Origin: an uncultured virus (IMG/VR IMGVR_UViG_3300025141_000074)
Taxonomy: Duplodnaviria; Heunggongvirae; Uroviricota; Caudoviricetes
DNA: 64,000 bases
Strand: one strand, 5' to 3'
IMG/VR virus record: IMGVR_UViG_3300025141_000074
The notes beneath the pieces are model-generated. The model was not told the origin of the DNA and did not search any database. It saw nothing but the letters and a program-made list of their open reading frames with translations. Position numbers and translations under genes: made by a program. Below are positions 10,100 to 20,039 of this stretch, in pieces; position 1 is the first letter of the stretch; every line of letters starts with the position of its first letter.

Positions 10100-10672
10100 A
10101 TGGCTAATAAAGACGCGCCATTTGGTTTAAGACCTGTAGGGGAATTGGGAAGTGAAATCCAAAATGGTGGAACTTCCAAATATAAAATAGCTTCAGGTGA
10201 AACTGATGTTATTTATAAAGGTGACATTGTACAATTAGAAACTTCTGGTTGTATAACTGTAAGTGGTAATACTACTACATCAAATGTTGGAGTTTTCAAC
10301 GGTTGCTTTTATAATGATCCTACTACTCAAAAACCAACGTGGAAAAATTACTACCCTGGTAGCATTACGCCTACCGTGGGTGATATTGAAGCGTTCGTCT
10401 ATGATGATCCGAATAAACTCTTCATAATTCAAGCTAATGGAACATTGGCGCAAACTGCTGTTGGCGATAACGCTGACCAAGTATATGCTGCCGGTTCCAC
10501 TATCAATGGTCAATCTAAATCTGAGTTAGGATCCGTCGCTGGCGGAACTGCTCAATTAAGAATTGTCAGAATATGTGAAGATCCAGATAATAGCGATATT
10601 TCTAGTGCTAATTCAAATTGGATTGTAAGATTCAATGAGCATCTGTACTACAATAACGCTGCTGGAATTTAA
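10100..10672 (+). CDS. Capsid-associated (decoration/cement-like) protein
   Basis: MANKDAPFGLRP start, beta-rich; directly upstream of the major capsid gene. Confidence 0.6.
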   Translation: MANKDAPFGLRPVGELGSEIQNGGTSKYKIASGETDVIYKGDIVQLETSGCITVSGNTTTSNVGVFNGCFYNDPTTQKPTWKNYYPGSITPTVGDIEAFVYDDPNKLFIIQANGTLAQTAVGDNADQVYAAGSTINGQSKSELGSVAGGTAQLRIVRICEDPDNSDISSANSNWIVRFNEHLYYNNAAGI

Positions 10673-10692
10673 CCTATAGGAGATATTGAACA

Positions 10693-11598
10693 ATGGTAAT
10701 TTCAAGAATGCAATTGGTCAAAGAGCTCGAACCAGGGTTAAATGCACTGTTCGGGTTGGAATACGACCGTTACGAAAATCAAGCGGCAGAAATTTTCAAT
10801 ACTGAAAGTTCTGACCGTGCATTCGAAGAAGAAGTGATGCTTGGTGGTTTTGCCAATGCAGCTGTAAAACCTGAGGGTCAAGGCGTAAGCTACGACGATG
10901 CTCAAGAAACTTACACTGCTAGGTATACCAACGAGACCATTGCTTTGGCTTTTTCGCTGACTGAAGAAGCTGTAGAGGACAACCTTTACGATAAATTAAG
11001 CACTCGATATACAAAAGCATTGGCACGTTCAATGGCTAACACTAAACAAGTAAAAGGAGCGAATATTCTTAATAGAGCATTCAATTCTTCTTACTTAGGT
11101 GGGGATGCAAAGGAGCTTTGCGCTACTGATCACCCAACTCTTAGTGGAAACCAAAAAAACGAATTGTCAACTGCTGCTGACTTGAACGAAACTTCGCTCG
11201 AGCAAGCACTTATCGACATTGCTGATATGAAAGACGAAAGAGGATTAAAAATCGCTCTTAGAGGAATGAAAATGCTTATTCCTGTCAATCTACAATTTGT
11301 TGCTGAAAGGTTAATGAAATCTGCAGGTAGAGTAGGCACTGCTGATAATGATATCAATGCAATCAAATCAATGGGAATGGTACCTGAAGGGTATACTGTA
11401 AATAACTTCCTAACTGATACTGATGCTTGGTTCATTAAAACAGATGCTCCTAATGGACTTAAACACTTCACTAGAGCACCTATTCGAACAGCAATGGAAG
11501 GCGACTTCGATACTGGTAATGTTAGATATAAAGCAAGAGAAAGATACAGCTTCGGTTGGTCTGACTGGCGTGGAATATTTGCTTCACCAGGAGCATAA
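10693..11598 (+). CDS. Major capsid protein
   Basis: ISRMQLVKELEPGLNALFGLEY...KARERYSFGWSDWRG; size and position fit an HK97-fold MCP. Confidence 0.9.
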   Translation: MVISRMQLVKELEPGLNALFGLEYDRYENQAAEIFNTESSDRAFEEEVMLGGFANAAVKPEGQGVSYDDAQETYTARYTNETIALAFSLTEEAVEDNLYDKLSTRYTKALARSMANTKQVKGANILNRAFNSSYLGGDAKELCATDHPTLSGNQKNELSTAADLNETSLEQALIDIADMKDERGLKIALRGMKMLIPVNLQFVAERLMKSAGRVGTADNDINAIKSMGMVPEGYTVNNFLTDTDAWFIKTDAPNGLKHFTRAPIRTAMEGDFDTGNVRYKARERYSFGWSDWRGIFASPGA

Positions 11599-11607
11599 AA
11601 CAATTAA

Positions 11608-11634
11608 GGAAGGGCGAAGTAAGTTCGCCCTTCC
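11608..11634 (+). terminator. 11-bp stem-loop after the capsid gene (no U-tract; terminator or processing/stability hairpin)
   Basis: GGAAGGGCGAA-GTAAG-TTCGCCCTTCC. Confidence 0.55.
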
Positions 11635-11637
11635 AAT

Positions 11638-11705
11638 CCTAGTAAAATAGTTATGCAGACTGGCTAGGCAGACGGTATAGAGACAGCATAACAAAAGGTC
11701 TATAC
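11638..11705 (+). ncRNA. Candidate pseudoknotted cis-regulatory RNA
   Basis: Three interlocking helices: CCTAGT 11638-43/GCTAGG 11663-68; GTTATGC 11650-56/GCATAAC 11686-92; GTATAGA 11675-81/TCTATAC 11699-705. Confidence 0.5.
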
Positions 11706-11720
11706 AACCAAGGAGAAAAC

Positions 11721-12638
11721 ATGAGTAACACGACTTTTTCGGGTCCGGTAAAAACGGGTCCAGTAATTAGCGGAGCCACGTCAGGTGGCTATCGCGGTAA
11801 AGACTTAACAGACACTAACTGGGTATCAAACTCATTAGCTCGTTATTTTCAAGAACCAACAGCGGCAGATACAGACGGTATTTGTGCTTCTCAAACAACT
11901 TCAGCAGCAGCTAATATGAATTTGAATGGAGCTTTAACTGCTACCATTAATGGTAATTCAGTTTATGCACCTTCAGTTTCTGGAACAGCAGGAACTGCTG
12001 ACGGAGCGTGGGCAAGAAAAATTGGCATTACAAGTGATGGCGATGATTCAGGAATCACATTTACCATCACAGGAACAGATGTTAACGGTAAAGCTTTAAG
12101 CGAAACGGTCACAGGACCAAATAGCACAACTGTATATTCTACTAATAGTACAGCCGCTAATTTTAAAACTGTAACTAAAATCGCTACAAGTGCGGCTACC
12201 ACTGGTAATATTACCATTGGAACAGCGGCTGTGGCAGCGGATGTTTATTGCAGAGCGATAGGAACTATTCCTTACCAATCTACCATTACTGGTATTAAGG
12301 TGTGGGTGGCCGAAGCGTTTAATGCTGGAACAGCAGATCCAATGGAAATTGGAAAATCTGATGATCAGGATTATTTAGCAGACATTGCTACTGGCGTTAT
12401 GCGTGCAGTTACAACTACTGGTAATACTGGTGGAGCTGTAACTGTGGATGCTACACAAAATGCAGTTTGGAAAAGTGTAACTCAATCTGAGACTGGTGCA
12501 GACAGCGTTTCTTATAACTCTGATGTACAGGCAGTATTGACTTATACCCCAACTGGAGCATTATCTACAGCTGGGCAAGCATGGATCAAGATTGACTTTA
12601 TGCAAGGCAAGAACCTTGCTTCAGGAGATACTTGGTAA
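11721..12638 (+). CDS. Virion structural protein (Thr/Ala/Gly-rich)
   Basis: MSNTTFSGPV start, AGGAG RBS; follows the MCP. Confidence 0.7.
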   Translation: MSNTTFSGPVKTGPVISGATSGGYRGKDLTDTNWVSNSLARYFQEPTAADTDGICASQTTSAAANMNLNGALTATINGNSVYAPSVSGTAGTADGAWARKIGITSDGDDSGITFTITGTDVNGKALSETVTGPNSTTVYSTNSTAANFKTVTKIATSAATTGNITIGTAAVAADVYCRAIGTIPYQSTITGIKVWVAEAFNAGTADPMEIGKSDDQDYLADIATGVMRAVTTTGNTGGAVTVDATQNAVWKSVTQSETGADSVSYNSDVQAVLTYTPTGALSTAGQAWIKIDFMQGKNLASGDTW

Positions 12639-12652
12639 AATAATATAACCGT

Positions 12653-12676
12653 GAGTGGGGTGTAATGACCCCACTC
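12653..12676 (+). terminator. Intergenic stem-loop
   Basis: GAGTGGGGT-GTAATG-ACCCCACTC followed by TCTT. Confidence 0.5.
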
Positions 12677-12696
12677 TCTTACAAGGGGAATTAATT

Positions 12697-13119
12697 ATGG
12701 CTTTAGTAACAACTTTTGACGGCGGAAGAAAATTCATTAACCATTATACAATTGCAGCTGGCGATGCAGCTACTGCGCAAACTTTAACGATTACTGTTGC
12801 TAATTTAGGCAAGAGTGCCAATAATCAAGCATGTAGTCACTTAACTTTAAATAAAGTTTGGTATAATGTTTTCATGACCGCTAAAGCGGATGCGGTAGAA
12901 TTTCAATGGGATGCTGATACTCAAATACCTTTCCTGATATTAAATGGATACGGGGATTATGATTTTAGCTCTACTGGTGGTTTAACACCTACAGTAGCTA
13001 ATAAGGCAGCTAGTGGATATGATGGAAATATAACCATTTCCAACCCAGCTCGAACTGCTGGTGACACTGTATACGTTCAAATGGAATGGCTTAAACATTA
13101 TGTAGCGATTTCTAGTTAG
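12697..13119 (+). CDS. Virion structural protein
   Basis: Start moved to ATG 12697 (AGGGGA RBS), downstream of the hairpin. Confidence 0.65.
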   Translation: MALVTTFDGGRKFINHYTIAAGDAATAQTLTITVANLGKSANNQACSHLTLNKVWYNVFMTAKADAVEFQWDADTQIPFLILNGYGDYDFSSTGGLTPTVANKAASGYDGNITISNPARTAGDTVYVQMEWLKHYVAISS

Positions 13120-13127
13120 GAGGTTAA

Positions 13128-13880
13128 ATGGCTTATTCAGGCACTAGAACCTTCAATTTAACGATAGAGGAAATCATTGAGGAAGCATTTGAAAGATGTG
13201 GTCTTGAGGTTCGTGCAGGTTATGATTTAAGAACAGCACGGCGTTCCTTGAACTTAATGTTTTCGGAATGGGCCAATCGTGGTCTTAACTTATGGACCAT
13301 TGATTATGCGACGCAAACATTAACCGCCGGGAAGAATTTTTATACTATAGACCAGAAAGTATTTGATATTATTGATGCTGTTATTACTACAACGGCGGGG
13401 GCAACTGCCAATCTCGAAGGAAATAGTGATACGACTGATGTAACTATTACCAAAATTTCTAGAACAGAATATATTAATTTAAGTAGGAAAGAACAAAGTT
13501 CCACTGGTGGAGACGCTCGTCCTACTCAATTTACTTTAATTAATGGACAAGTTACAACCGCTGATGGAAATGACTATGGACGTCCGGAAAATGATATGAC
13601 TTTATTTTTATATCCTAGTCCGGATAAAGCTTATATTCTTAAATATTTTTATATAAATAGAATTCAAGACGCGGGAGCTTATAGTAATTATGCGGATGTT
13701 CCGTATTATTTTCTTCCTTGTTTAATAGCAGGATTAGCTTATTATATAAGCTTAAAAAGAGCTCCTCGTATGACATCCGGTTTAAAGATGATTTATGAAG
13801 AAGAGTTTAAACGAACGGCTGACGCGAATAGAGAAAGAGTCTCTTACCGTGTTAAACCCGCACAGGCATATATACCATAG
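13128..13880 (+). CDS. Putative head-tail adaptor protein
   Basis: IIEEAFERCG...TARRSLNLMFSEWANRGLNLW...GLAYYIS; position after the capsid genes. Confidence 0.6.
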   Translation: MAYSGTRTFNLTIEEIIEEAFERCGLEVRAGYDLRTARRSLNLMFSEWANRGLNLWTIDYATQTLTAGKNFYTIDQKVFDIIDAVITTTAGATANLEGNSDTTDVTITKISRTEYINLSRKEQSSTGGDARPTQFTLINGQVTTADGNDYGRPENDMTLFLYPSPDKAYILKYFYINRIQDAGAYSNYADVPYYFLPCLIAGLAYYISLKRAPRMTSGLKMIYEEEFKRTADANRERVSYRVKPAQAYIP

Positions 13881-13888
13881 GAGGATAT

Positions 13889-13975
13889 ATGATAATTTGT
13901 AAAAAATGTGGTCGTGAATGTGATTGTGGAGACAATTGTCAATGCACTGACTGCGAATGTAAAAAGGAGGAATAA
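13889..13975 (+). CDS. Cys-rich metallothionein-like microprotein (28 aa, not in ORF track)
   Basis: AGGAGG RBS 13879-84; MIICKKCGRECDCGDNCQCTDCECKKEE; TAA overlaps the next ATG. Confidence 0.7.
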   Translation: MIICKKCGRECDCGDNCQCTDCECKKEE

Positions 13976-14229
13976 TGAGTAATCCACATTGGAATAAACA
14001 AACAGCTAATACTCGTGATGCATCTACTAAAAAAATAGGGCATTATGGTAGAGGACAACATGATGCCCCCAAACCCGTTCATGCAGGTGCAGCAACTGAT
14101 AAAGGAAATGCGCCTACAAGTGAAGGAAAGGAATCAGGAGGAACATCATTTAAAATTTCAAAAGGCAAAGTTACTGGGTCTACACAGGGTGTAGGAGCAG
14201 CAAAGAAACAAAAATACACTTGGATATAA
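13975..14229 (+). CDS. Small basic hypothetical protein
   Basis: AGGAGG RBS; coupled ORF. Confidence 0.7.
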   Translation: MSNPHWNKQTANTRDASTKKIGHYGRGQHDAPKPVHAGAATDKGNAPTSEGKESGGTSFKISKGKVTGSTQGVGAAKKQKYTWI

Positions 14230-14232
14230 TGA

Positions 14233-14820
14233 ATGGTCTACGCTAAAGGAAAATATGCAATAGCGATTTCTGATCGAAGTGGACTGGAGTTTCCTTACAA
14301 TGAAATGGTAAAGGAATGGACTGGTGCATGGGTACATACAAGTGAATATGAACCAAAGGCACCTCAGTTAATGCCACATGAGCATTCACCTGATCCTCAA
14401 GTATTGGAACGTCCTAGACCGGCCCGAATTGCACCGGCAGCGTTAATTTCATTACCAATTAATCCTTTTGAAACATATGCTTCAGCATCACAGGTAGTTA
14501 ATGTTCATTCACCATCTCACGGAAGATCTACAGGGGATATTATAAGATTTAGAGGGTCACCTACAGTTTCTCCGGGAACTGGAACTGTAACAAATCCAGT
14601 TGCAGGTTATTCTGACTGTCCAGCAGTGGATGGAATTACAGGAGCAATCCTTTGTGCCGCGGCTGGCTATACAATTACAACTGGAAAATACGTATCCGGA
14701 TCCAGTAATGATTCTGAAGATTGGTATTATTTTTCAACTGGCTCTTCCACAGCCACAACTGGTGGAATTAGTGGAGGGAGTTATCCTGTTTCAGCAGGAC
14801 CTGTAACTATAAGTGCATGA
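14233..14820 (+). CDS. Virion structural protein
   Basis: YAKGKYAIAISDRSGLEFPY...EYEPKAPQL N-terminal domain plus a Ser/Thr/Gly-rich C-terminal domain. Confidence 0.65.
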   Translation: MVYAKGKYAIAISDRSGLEFPYNEMVKEWTGAWVHTSEYEPKAPQLMPHEHSPDPQVLERPRPARIAPAALISLPINPFETYASASQVVNVHSPSHGRSTGDIIRFRGSPTVSPGTGTVTNPVAGYSDCPAVDGITGAILCAAAGYTITTGKYVSGSSNDSEDWYYFSTGSSTATTGGISGGSYPVSAGPVTISA

Positions 14821-15545
14821 CAACATATACTGAATTATTAACACAAATACGAGATTATACAGAAACAACTAGTGATGTTTTATCAGACACTATTGTTAAT
14901 GATTTTATAGAGCATGTTGAAAACAAAATTTTACGGGATTTGGATCTTCCCGTTTTTCGTTCTTATCAATATGCCAATTTTACAGCAAGCAATGGATTTT
15001 TAACATTACCCGGTGGAACAAGCATTACACCCACGGAGTTTTCAATTATAAGAAGTGTTATGATTTATCCCGCAGCCGGAACAGGGGATAGAACATATCT
15101 AGAACAGAGGGATGTGACCTTCATGAATGAATACTGGCCAGATCGTACGGACACAGGAACACCAAAATATTATTCACAATGGGATGATAATACTATATAC
15201 GTAGTCCCAACACCAAGTGCGGCTTTTTATTGTGAAGTAGGATTGACTAAATTACCAACTCGTCTTTCTTCTTCCAATGCTACCACTTGGATAAGCAACA
15301 ACGCACCCGCATTATTATTGTATGGATGCCTTGTTGAAGCTTTCAAATTTTTGAAAGGATCAGCAGAAATGCTGCAAATTTATACTCAATCGTATGAAAC
15401 CGCCTTACAGGAGGTTGCTACGCAACAACAAGGTCGAGGAAGACGTGATGAACATCAAAGTGGCGTTATTAGGGTGCCACGACCATCATTCTTACCTGGA
15501 CATCCAGAACCAGGCCCATCAGGGCCAATAGAAGGAGGACAATAA
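14817..15545 (+). CDS. Putative tail tubular/adaptor protein
   Basis: TYTELLTQIRDY...GTPKYY...VPTP...LLYGCLVEAFKFLK pattern. Confidence 0.6.
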   Translation: MTTYTELLTQIRDYTETTSDVLSDTIVNDFIEHVENKILRDLDLPVFRSYQYANFTASNGFLTLPGGTSITPTEFSIIRSVMIYPAAGTGDRTYLEQRDVTFMNEYWPDRTDTGTPKYYSQWDDNTIYVVPTPSAAFYCEVGLTKLPTRLSSSNATTWISNNAPALLLYGCLVEAFKFLKGSAEMLQIYTQSYETALQEVATQQQGRGRRDEHQSGVIRVPRPSFLPGHPEPGPSGPIEGGQ

Positions 15546-15546
15546 A

Positions 15547-15996
15547 ATGGCAATAGGATCATCTTCAGTTTGCTATAGTTTTATGCAGGAACTTCTCGTC
15601 GCCACACATAATTTTAGTGCGTCGGGTGGAGACCAATTTAAACTTGCTTTATATACCAATTCTGCCACTATTAGTAACGCTAGCACTGCTTATACAACAT
15701 CTGGTGAAACAACTAATACGGCAGGATCAGCTTATTCAGCAGGTGGAGAAAACTTAACAAACGTAGAACCAGCTCTTAAATCAACAGCAACAGCATGTTG
15801 TGATTTTTCTGATCTCACATGGACTTCAGCTTCGTTTACAGCATATGGCGCTCTTATTTATAATAGCACTGATTCAGATAAAGCAGTTTGTGTGTTGAAC
15901 TTTGGTGGTGATAAAACTGCAAGTGCAGGAACATTCACTATCCAGTTCCCAGACTTTACAGCTGCTGCAGCTATTCTAAGATTAGCTAACGCGTAG
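15547..15996 (+). CDS. Tail-associated structural protein
   Basis: FKLALYT...YSAGG...GALIYN...AVCVLNFGGDK. Confidence 0.65.
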   Translation: MAIGSSSVCYSFMQELLVATHNFSASGGDQFKLALYTNSATISNASTAYTTSGETTNTAGSAYSAGGENLTNVEPALKSTATACCDFSDLTWTSASFTAYGALIYNSTDSDKAVCVLNFGGDKTASAGTFTIQFPDFTAAAAILRLANA

Positions 15997-16004
15997 GAGC
16001 ATTA

Positions 16005-16493
16005 ATGGCTTTAGTCTTAAATGACCGCGTCAAGGAGACGACTACCACAACTGGTACGGGAGCATTAACTTTCGCCGGAGCAGTTTCAGGATTTGAAACT
16101 TTTTCAGTGGGTATTGGAAATTCCAATACTACTTACTATGCAATTGCACATTTAACTGCAAATGAATGGGAAGTAGGGCTAGGAACGCTGGCGGGAGATA
16201 GTTCAACTATCACTCGTACGAGCATTATTTCAAGTTCCAACAGTGACGCCGCAGTTGATTTTGCCGCAGGGACGAAGGATGTATTCTGTACGTTTCCAGC
16301 AAGCAAGACAATGGATATGACTTTGACAACCGCAGGGGATATTTTATATGCGTCCTCCGCTAATACACCTGCTAGGTTGGCGAAAGGTTCAGCGTTGGAT
16401 GTTTTAACAATGAACGCAGGAGCGACGGCGCCCGAATGGGCTTCAGGTGGTGTAACCGCAGGCTTTTGCATTGCTATGTCGATTGCCCTCTGA
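16005..16493 (+). CDS. Tail fibre-associated protein
   Basis: DRVKETTTTTGTG...EWEVGLGT...GTKDVFCTFPA; C-terminus IAMSIAL. Confidence 0.65.
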   Translation: MALVLNDRVKETTTTTGTGALTFAGAVSGFETFSVGIGNSNTTYYAIAHLTANEWEVGLGTLAGDSSTITRTSIISSSNSDAAVDFAAGTKDVFCTFPASKTMDMTLTTAGDILYASSANTPARLAKGSALDVLTMNAGATAPEWASGGVTAGFCIAMSIAL

Positions 16494-16513
16494 TATAAGG
16501 AAATAAGGAAAAA

Positions 16514-16849
16514 ATGGCACAAAATTTTAGAAGATATACGGAAAATGCAGTAGGTGCTACACCAGTTGACATACCCAATGGTTCCGACTTTGATACCTAT
16601 GATACAATCATAGGAATTTCAGTTGCCAACATTGTGGGATCAACAATCAACGTGGATGTCTACATTAATGACGGAAGCAATAATATTTATCTCGTGAAAA
16701 CGGCACCCATCCCTAGTGGTGGTGCTCTACAACTATTGGACGGAGGTGCTAAGGTAGTGGTTCAATCCGGTGATCGGATGTATGTCGTATCAGACACGGC
16801 TTCCTCAGCGGATGTGTGGGTTTCAGCCGTTGATGCGATAAGTACGTAA
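16514..16849 (+). CDS. Small beta-rich structural protein
   Basis: Tail module context; similar pattern to 26891..27208. Confidence 0.6.
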   Translation: MAQNFRRYTENAVGATPVDIPNGSDFDTYDTIIGISVANIVGSTINVDVYINDGSNNIYLVKTAPIPSGGALQLLDGGAKVVVQSGDRMYVVSDTASSADVWVSAVDAIST

Positions 16850-16859
16850 GGAGGGTGAG

Positions 16860-18230
16860 ATGTCTTATATTGGCAATTCTCCAGCTTTAAAATATACAAC
16901 CTTTGCGGTTCAACACTTCACAACAAGTGCGACTACAGGTTATACGCTTGACAATGCTGTCACGAATGAGAATGATATACGGCTAGTTATCAATAATGTC
17001 GTTCAACAGCCTGGCGGTTCGTATGCCTATACAGCAGCAGGCACAGTTCTTACACTTTCAGCGGCAACTACAACTTCTGACACAATGTATTGTGTTTTCT
17101 TGGGCAAGGCGGTTCAAACCGTAAACCCAGGTGCAGGATCAGTAGGACTTTCACAACTTTCAGCAACAGGCACGGCTAGTTCAAGTACGTTCCTTCGTGG
17201 CGATAATGCATGGCAAGATCCAGGAGGGGTTGCTTTGGCAACTTCTACAAACAATCAAGTTGTAACTGTAACAGGTGCGGATGCCATTACAGGAGAAACA
17301 AACTTCATATATGATGGAACAATTATAGGTGGTGGAGCAGATGGAGCTAATGCTGATTTAGGAGTTGGACTACATATTAAATCTGCTGATAGTAGTGCAA
17401 GTGCTTCTAGTGCGGCTGATGAATTAGTTTTAGAAAATTCTGGTAATGCTGGAATAACTATTGCAACTGGCACAGGTAATACTGGGGGAATATATTTTGC
17501 TGATAGTGGCTCAAATAATATAGCAAGAATAGAATATGCTCATTCAATTGATAGTTTACAATTTGCTTGTAATCAAGGTGAAGCAATGCGTATTGATAGT
17601 TCAAAAAGATTTCTTTTTGCTACAACTTCGGTTATTGATTCCAATGCCGCATTTAATATTAAAGAATTAACAAATTATCCATTAGCAATTAAAGTAGATG
17701 CAACTGGTAATACAGCACAAATAAATTTTTTTAATGGAAATGGAAATGTTGGTAGTGTCTCAACAAATGCAAGTGCAACAGCTTTTAATACTTCATCAGA
17801 CTATCGTCTTAAAGAAAATATAAGTTACGACTTTGATGCTACTACAAGATTAAAACAATTAAAACCTGCAAGATTTAATTTTAAAACTGACGCAGATACA
17901 ACTGTTGATGGATTTTTAGCACATGAAGTTTCAACCATTGTACCAGAAGCTATAACAGGAAATAAAGACGCAACTGAAACAAAACAGGATGTTGTTTTAA
18001 ATGCAAATGGCACAATGATTTATAATGGAGTGTTAGAACAAGATTACATTGATGGCAAAGCAAATGGTAATTATCCATCTGATAGTACATGGATTGCAGA
18101 AAAAGAAGTTCCTGTTTATCAATCAATAGACCAAGCAAAACTTGTTCCTTTACTGACAAGTGCCTTACAAGAAGCAATAACAAAAATAGAAACTTTAGAA
18201 GCTAGAGTACAAACATTGGAGAACGCATAA
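16860..18230 (+). CDS. Tail fibre/spike with C-terminal intramolecular chaperone (peptidase S74-type)
   Basis: MSYIGNSP start; TSSDYRLKENI cleavage motif; GFLAHEV...LVPLLTSALQE followed by a coiled coil. Confidence 0.85.
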   Translation: MSYIGNSPALKYTTFAVQHFTTSATTGYTLDNAVTNENDIRLVINNVVQQPGGSYAYTAAGTVLTLSAATTTSDTMYCVFLGKAVQTVNPGAGSVGLSQLSATGTASSSTFLRGDNAWQDPGGVALATSTNNQVVTVTGADAITGETNFIYDGTIIGGGADGANADLGVGLHIKSADSSASASSAADELVLENSGNAGITIATGTGNTGGIYFADSGSNNIARIEYAHSIDSLQFACNQGEAMRIDSSKRFLFATTSVIDSNAAFNIKELTNYPLAIKVDATGNTAQINFFNGNGNVGSVSTNASATAFNTSSDYRLKENISYDFDATTRLKQLKPARFNFKTDADTTVDGFLAHEVSTIVPEAITGNKDATETKQDVVLNANGTMIYNGVLEQDYIDGKANGNYPSDSTWIAEKEVPVYQSIDQAKLVPLLTSALQEAITKIETLEARVQTLENA

Positions 18231-19402
18231 TGGCAACAAGCAAGGTAACAAACTTATCCATACTAGATGATGCAGTAAGAACGGCAGGCATACAGGATGC
18301 GGCTGTCACAGCAGCCAAGACTTCTGGTGTTCCTACTTTGTTTAGACCTAATGCAAAGCCATTAATTATAAATGGTAATATGGCTGTGGCTCAAAGAGGT
18401 ACTTCTGCTACTGGTAAAACTGCTACTGGTTATTATGTTTGTGATAGATGGAATTTAGCAATATCAAGTTCTGGTACTTGGACTATTTCCCAAGATACAG
18501 ATGTACCAAGTGGTTATGGTTTTTTAACTTCAACTAAATATGATTGTACAACAGCAGATGGCTCATTAGGTGCATCTGATTATATATTACATAAACAAAG
18601 TATTGAAGGTCAAAATTTACAGTTACTTAAAAAAGGTACTGCTAATGCAGAAAAGGTTACAATATCATTTTGGGTTAAAGCAACTAAAACTGGAACAAAC
18701 ATTTTAGAATTATATGATAACACTAATAACAGACAAGTTTCACAATCATACACAATATCATCAACTGATACTTGGGAAAAGAAAGTGGTTAATTTTCCAG
18801 CAGATACTTCTGGTGCTTTAGCTAATAATAATGGTGGTGCTTTAAATGTTCAATTTTATTTAGGTGCAGGTAGTAATTTTACTAGTGGCACATTACAAGA
18901 AACTTGGGCTAGTTATGTAAATGCAAATAGAGCAGTAGGACAAGTTAATCATGCTGATAGCACATCAAATGATTTTTGGATTACAGCAATACAACTAGAA
19001 GTAGGCGAATATACTTCTTCTACTCTACCACCTTTTCAACATGAAAGTTATGGAGATAATTTAGCTAGGTGTCAAAGATATTTTTTAAATTACATAGAGG
19101 GTAATGAAAAAATTGTAGGTATGACAGCATCATATACTTCAGGTACAGTTGTATTGATGCATAATTTTCCAACAACAATGAGGATAGCACCTGCTTTAGA
19201 AATAGCTACTGGAAGTAGTTATTATCAACATGGACAAGCTAATTCAGTAGAGGCTATTACAGGAAGTGCCATATCTATTGATAGAGCTACACTTAATGGC
19301 ACTCAACTATTACTTACTTCTATGAGTGCTAATGAAGGTGATGCAGGATTTATATATACAGGTAGTTCTTCATCTAAAATATCATATACATCGGAGTTAT
19401 AA
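18230..19402 (+). CDS. Tail fibre protein with carbohydrate-binding-like domain
   Basis: LIINGNMAVAQRG...DRW...QLEVGE...F.HESYGDNLARCQRYF pattern. Confidence 0.75.
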   Translation: MATSKVTNLSILDDAVRTAGIQDAAVTAAKTSGVPTLFRPNAKPLIINGNMAVAQRGTSATGKTATGYYVCDRWNLAISSSGTWTISQDTDVPSGYGFLTSTKYDCTTADGSLGASDYILHKQSIEGQNLQLLKKGTANAEKVTISFWVKATKTGTNILELYDNTNNRQVSQSYTISSTDTWEKKVVNFPADTSGALANNNGGALNVQFYLGAGSNFTSGTLQETWASYVNANRAVGQVNHADSTSNDFWITAIQLEVGEYTSSTLPPFQHESYGDNLARCQRYFLNYIEGNEKIVGMTASYTSGTVVLMHNFPTTMRIAPALEIATGSSYYQHGQANSVEAITGSAISIDRATLNGTQLLLTSMSANEGDAGFIYTGSSSSKISYTSEL

Positions 19403-19590
19403 TGTTTGAAAATTGTACTTTAAAATATGTTGCAAGAGATGGGATTAATGTTTCTATTTCTGTAATTTACCCAGAAGATAATAATGGAACTACAAAAAAA
19501 TTATCAGTACCAACTAATGAAGATAACACAGACTATCAAAATATTCTTCAATGGGTAGCAGATGGTAATACAATAGAGGAGGCTGATTAA
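19402..19590 (+). CDS. Putative tail fibre chaperone
   Basis: VPTNEDNTDYQNILQWVADGNTIEEAD; directly after a fibre gene. Confidence 0.6.
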   Translation: MFENCTLKYVARDGINVSISVIYPEDNNGTTKKLSVPTNEDNTDYQNILQWVADGNTIEEAD

Positions 19591-20039
19591 TGCCATACGT
19601 AGGACGCGATTTAGACATAGGGAGTAGGAAGATCCTCGCAGTGAGTGGATCAACACCTGCAACAACCTATACCCTTCAGTATGATTCTGTGGACTACCAT
19701 CCGTCAGCGGCGCAGAACTTGATTCTGAGCATTTCAGGTGTTATTCAAGCACCAGGAACGGCGTACACTGTTTCAGGAGCGACATTGGATTTCGGCGGAG
19801 TTTCCGTTGCATCGGGTGACATTGATTTTATTGTTGCGATGGGCGAAAACGTTGATGTTGGGACCCCCTCGGATGGGACGGTAACAGTTGATAAACTGTC
19901 CGCAACATATTATAGTGAAAACCCAGTAACTTACAGCACGCTCACGATGAACGCCAGCAAGAATGGCTTGATTGCAGGGCCTGTCAGCTTTACGGGAACG
20001 GTAACAATTCCTTCGGGATCAACATTGGTAATAGTATAA
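19590..20039 (+). CDS. Tail fibre-associated protein
   Basis: MPYVGR start; SISGVIQAPGTAYTVSG is similar to the 16860 N-terminus. Confidence 0.65.
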   Translation: MPYVGRDLDIGSRKILAVSGSTPATTYTLQYDSVDYHPSAAQNLILSISGVIQAPGTAYTVSGATLDFGGVSVASGDIDFIVAMGENVDVGTPSDGTVTVDKLSATYYSENPVTYSTLTMNASKNGLIAGPVSFTGTVTIPSGSTLVIV

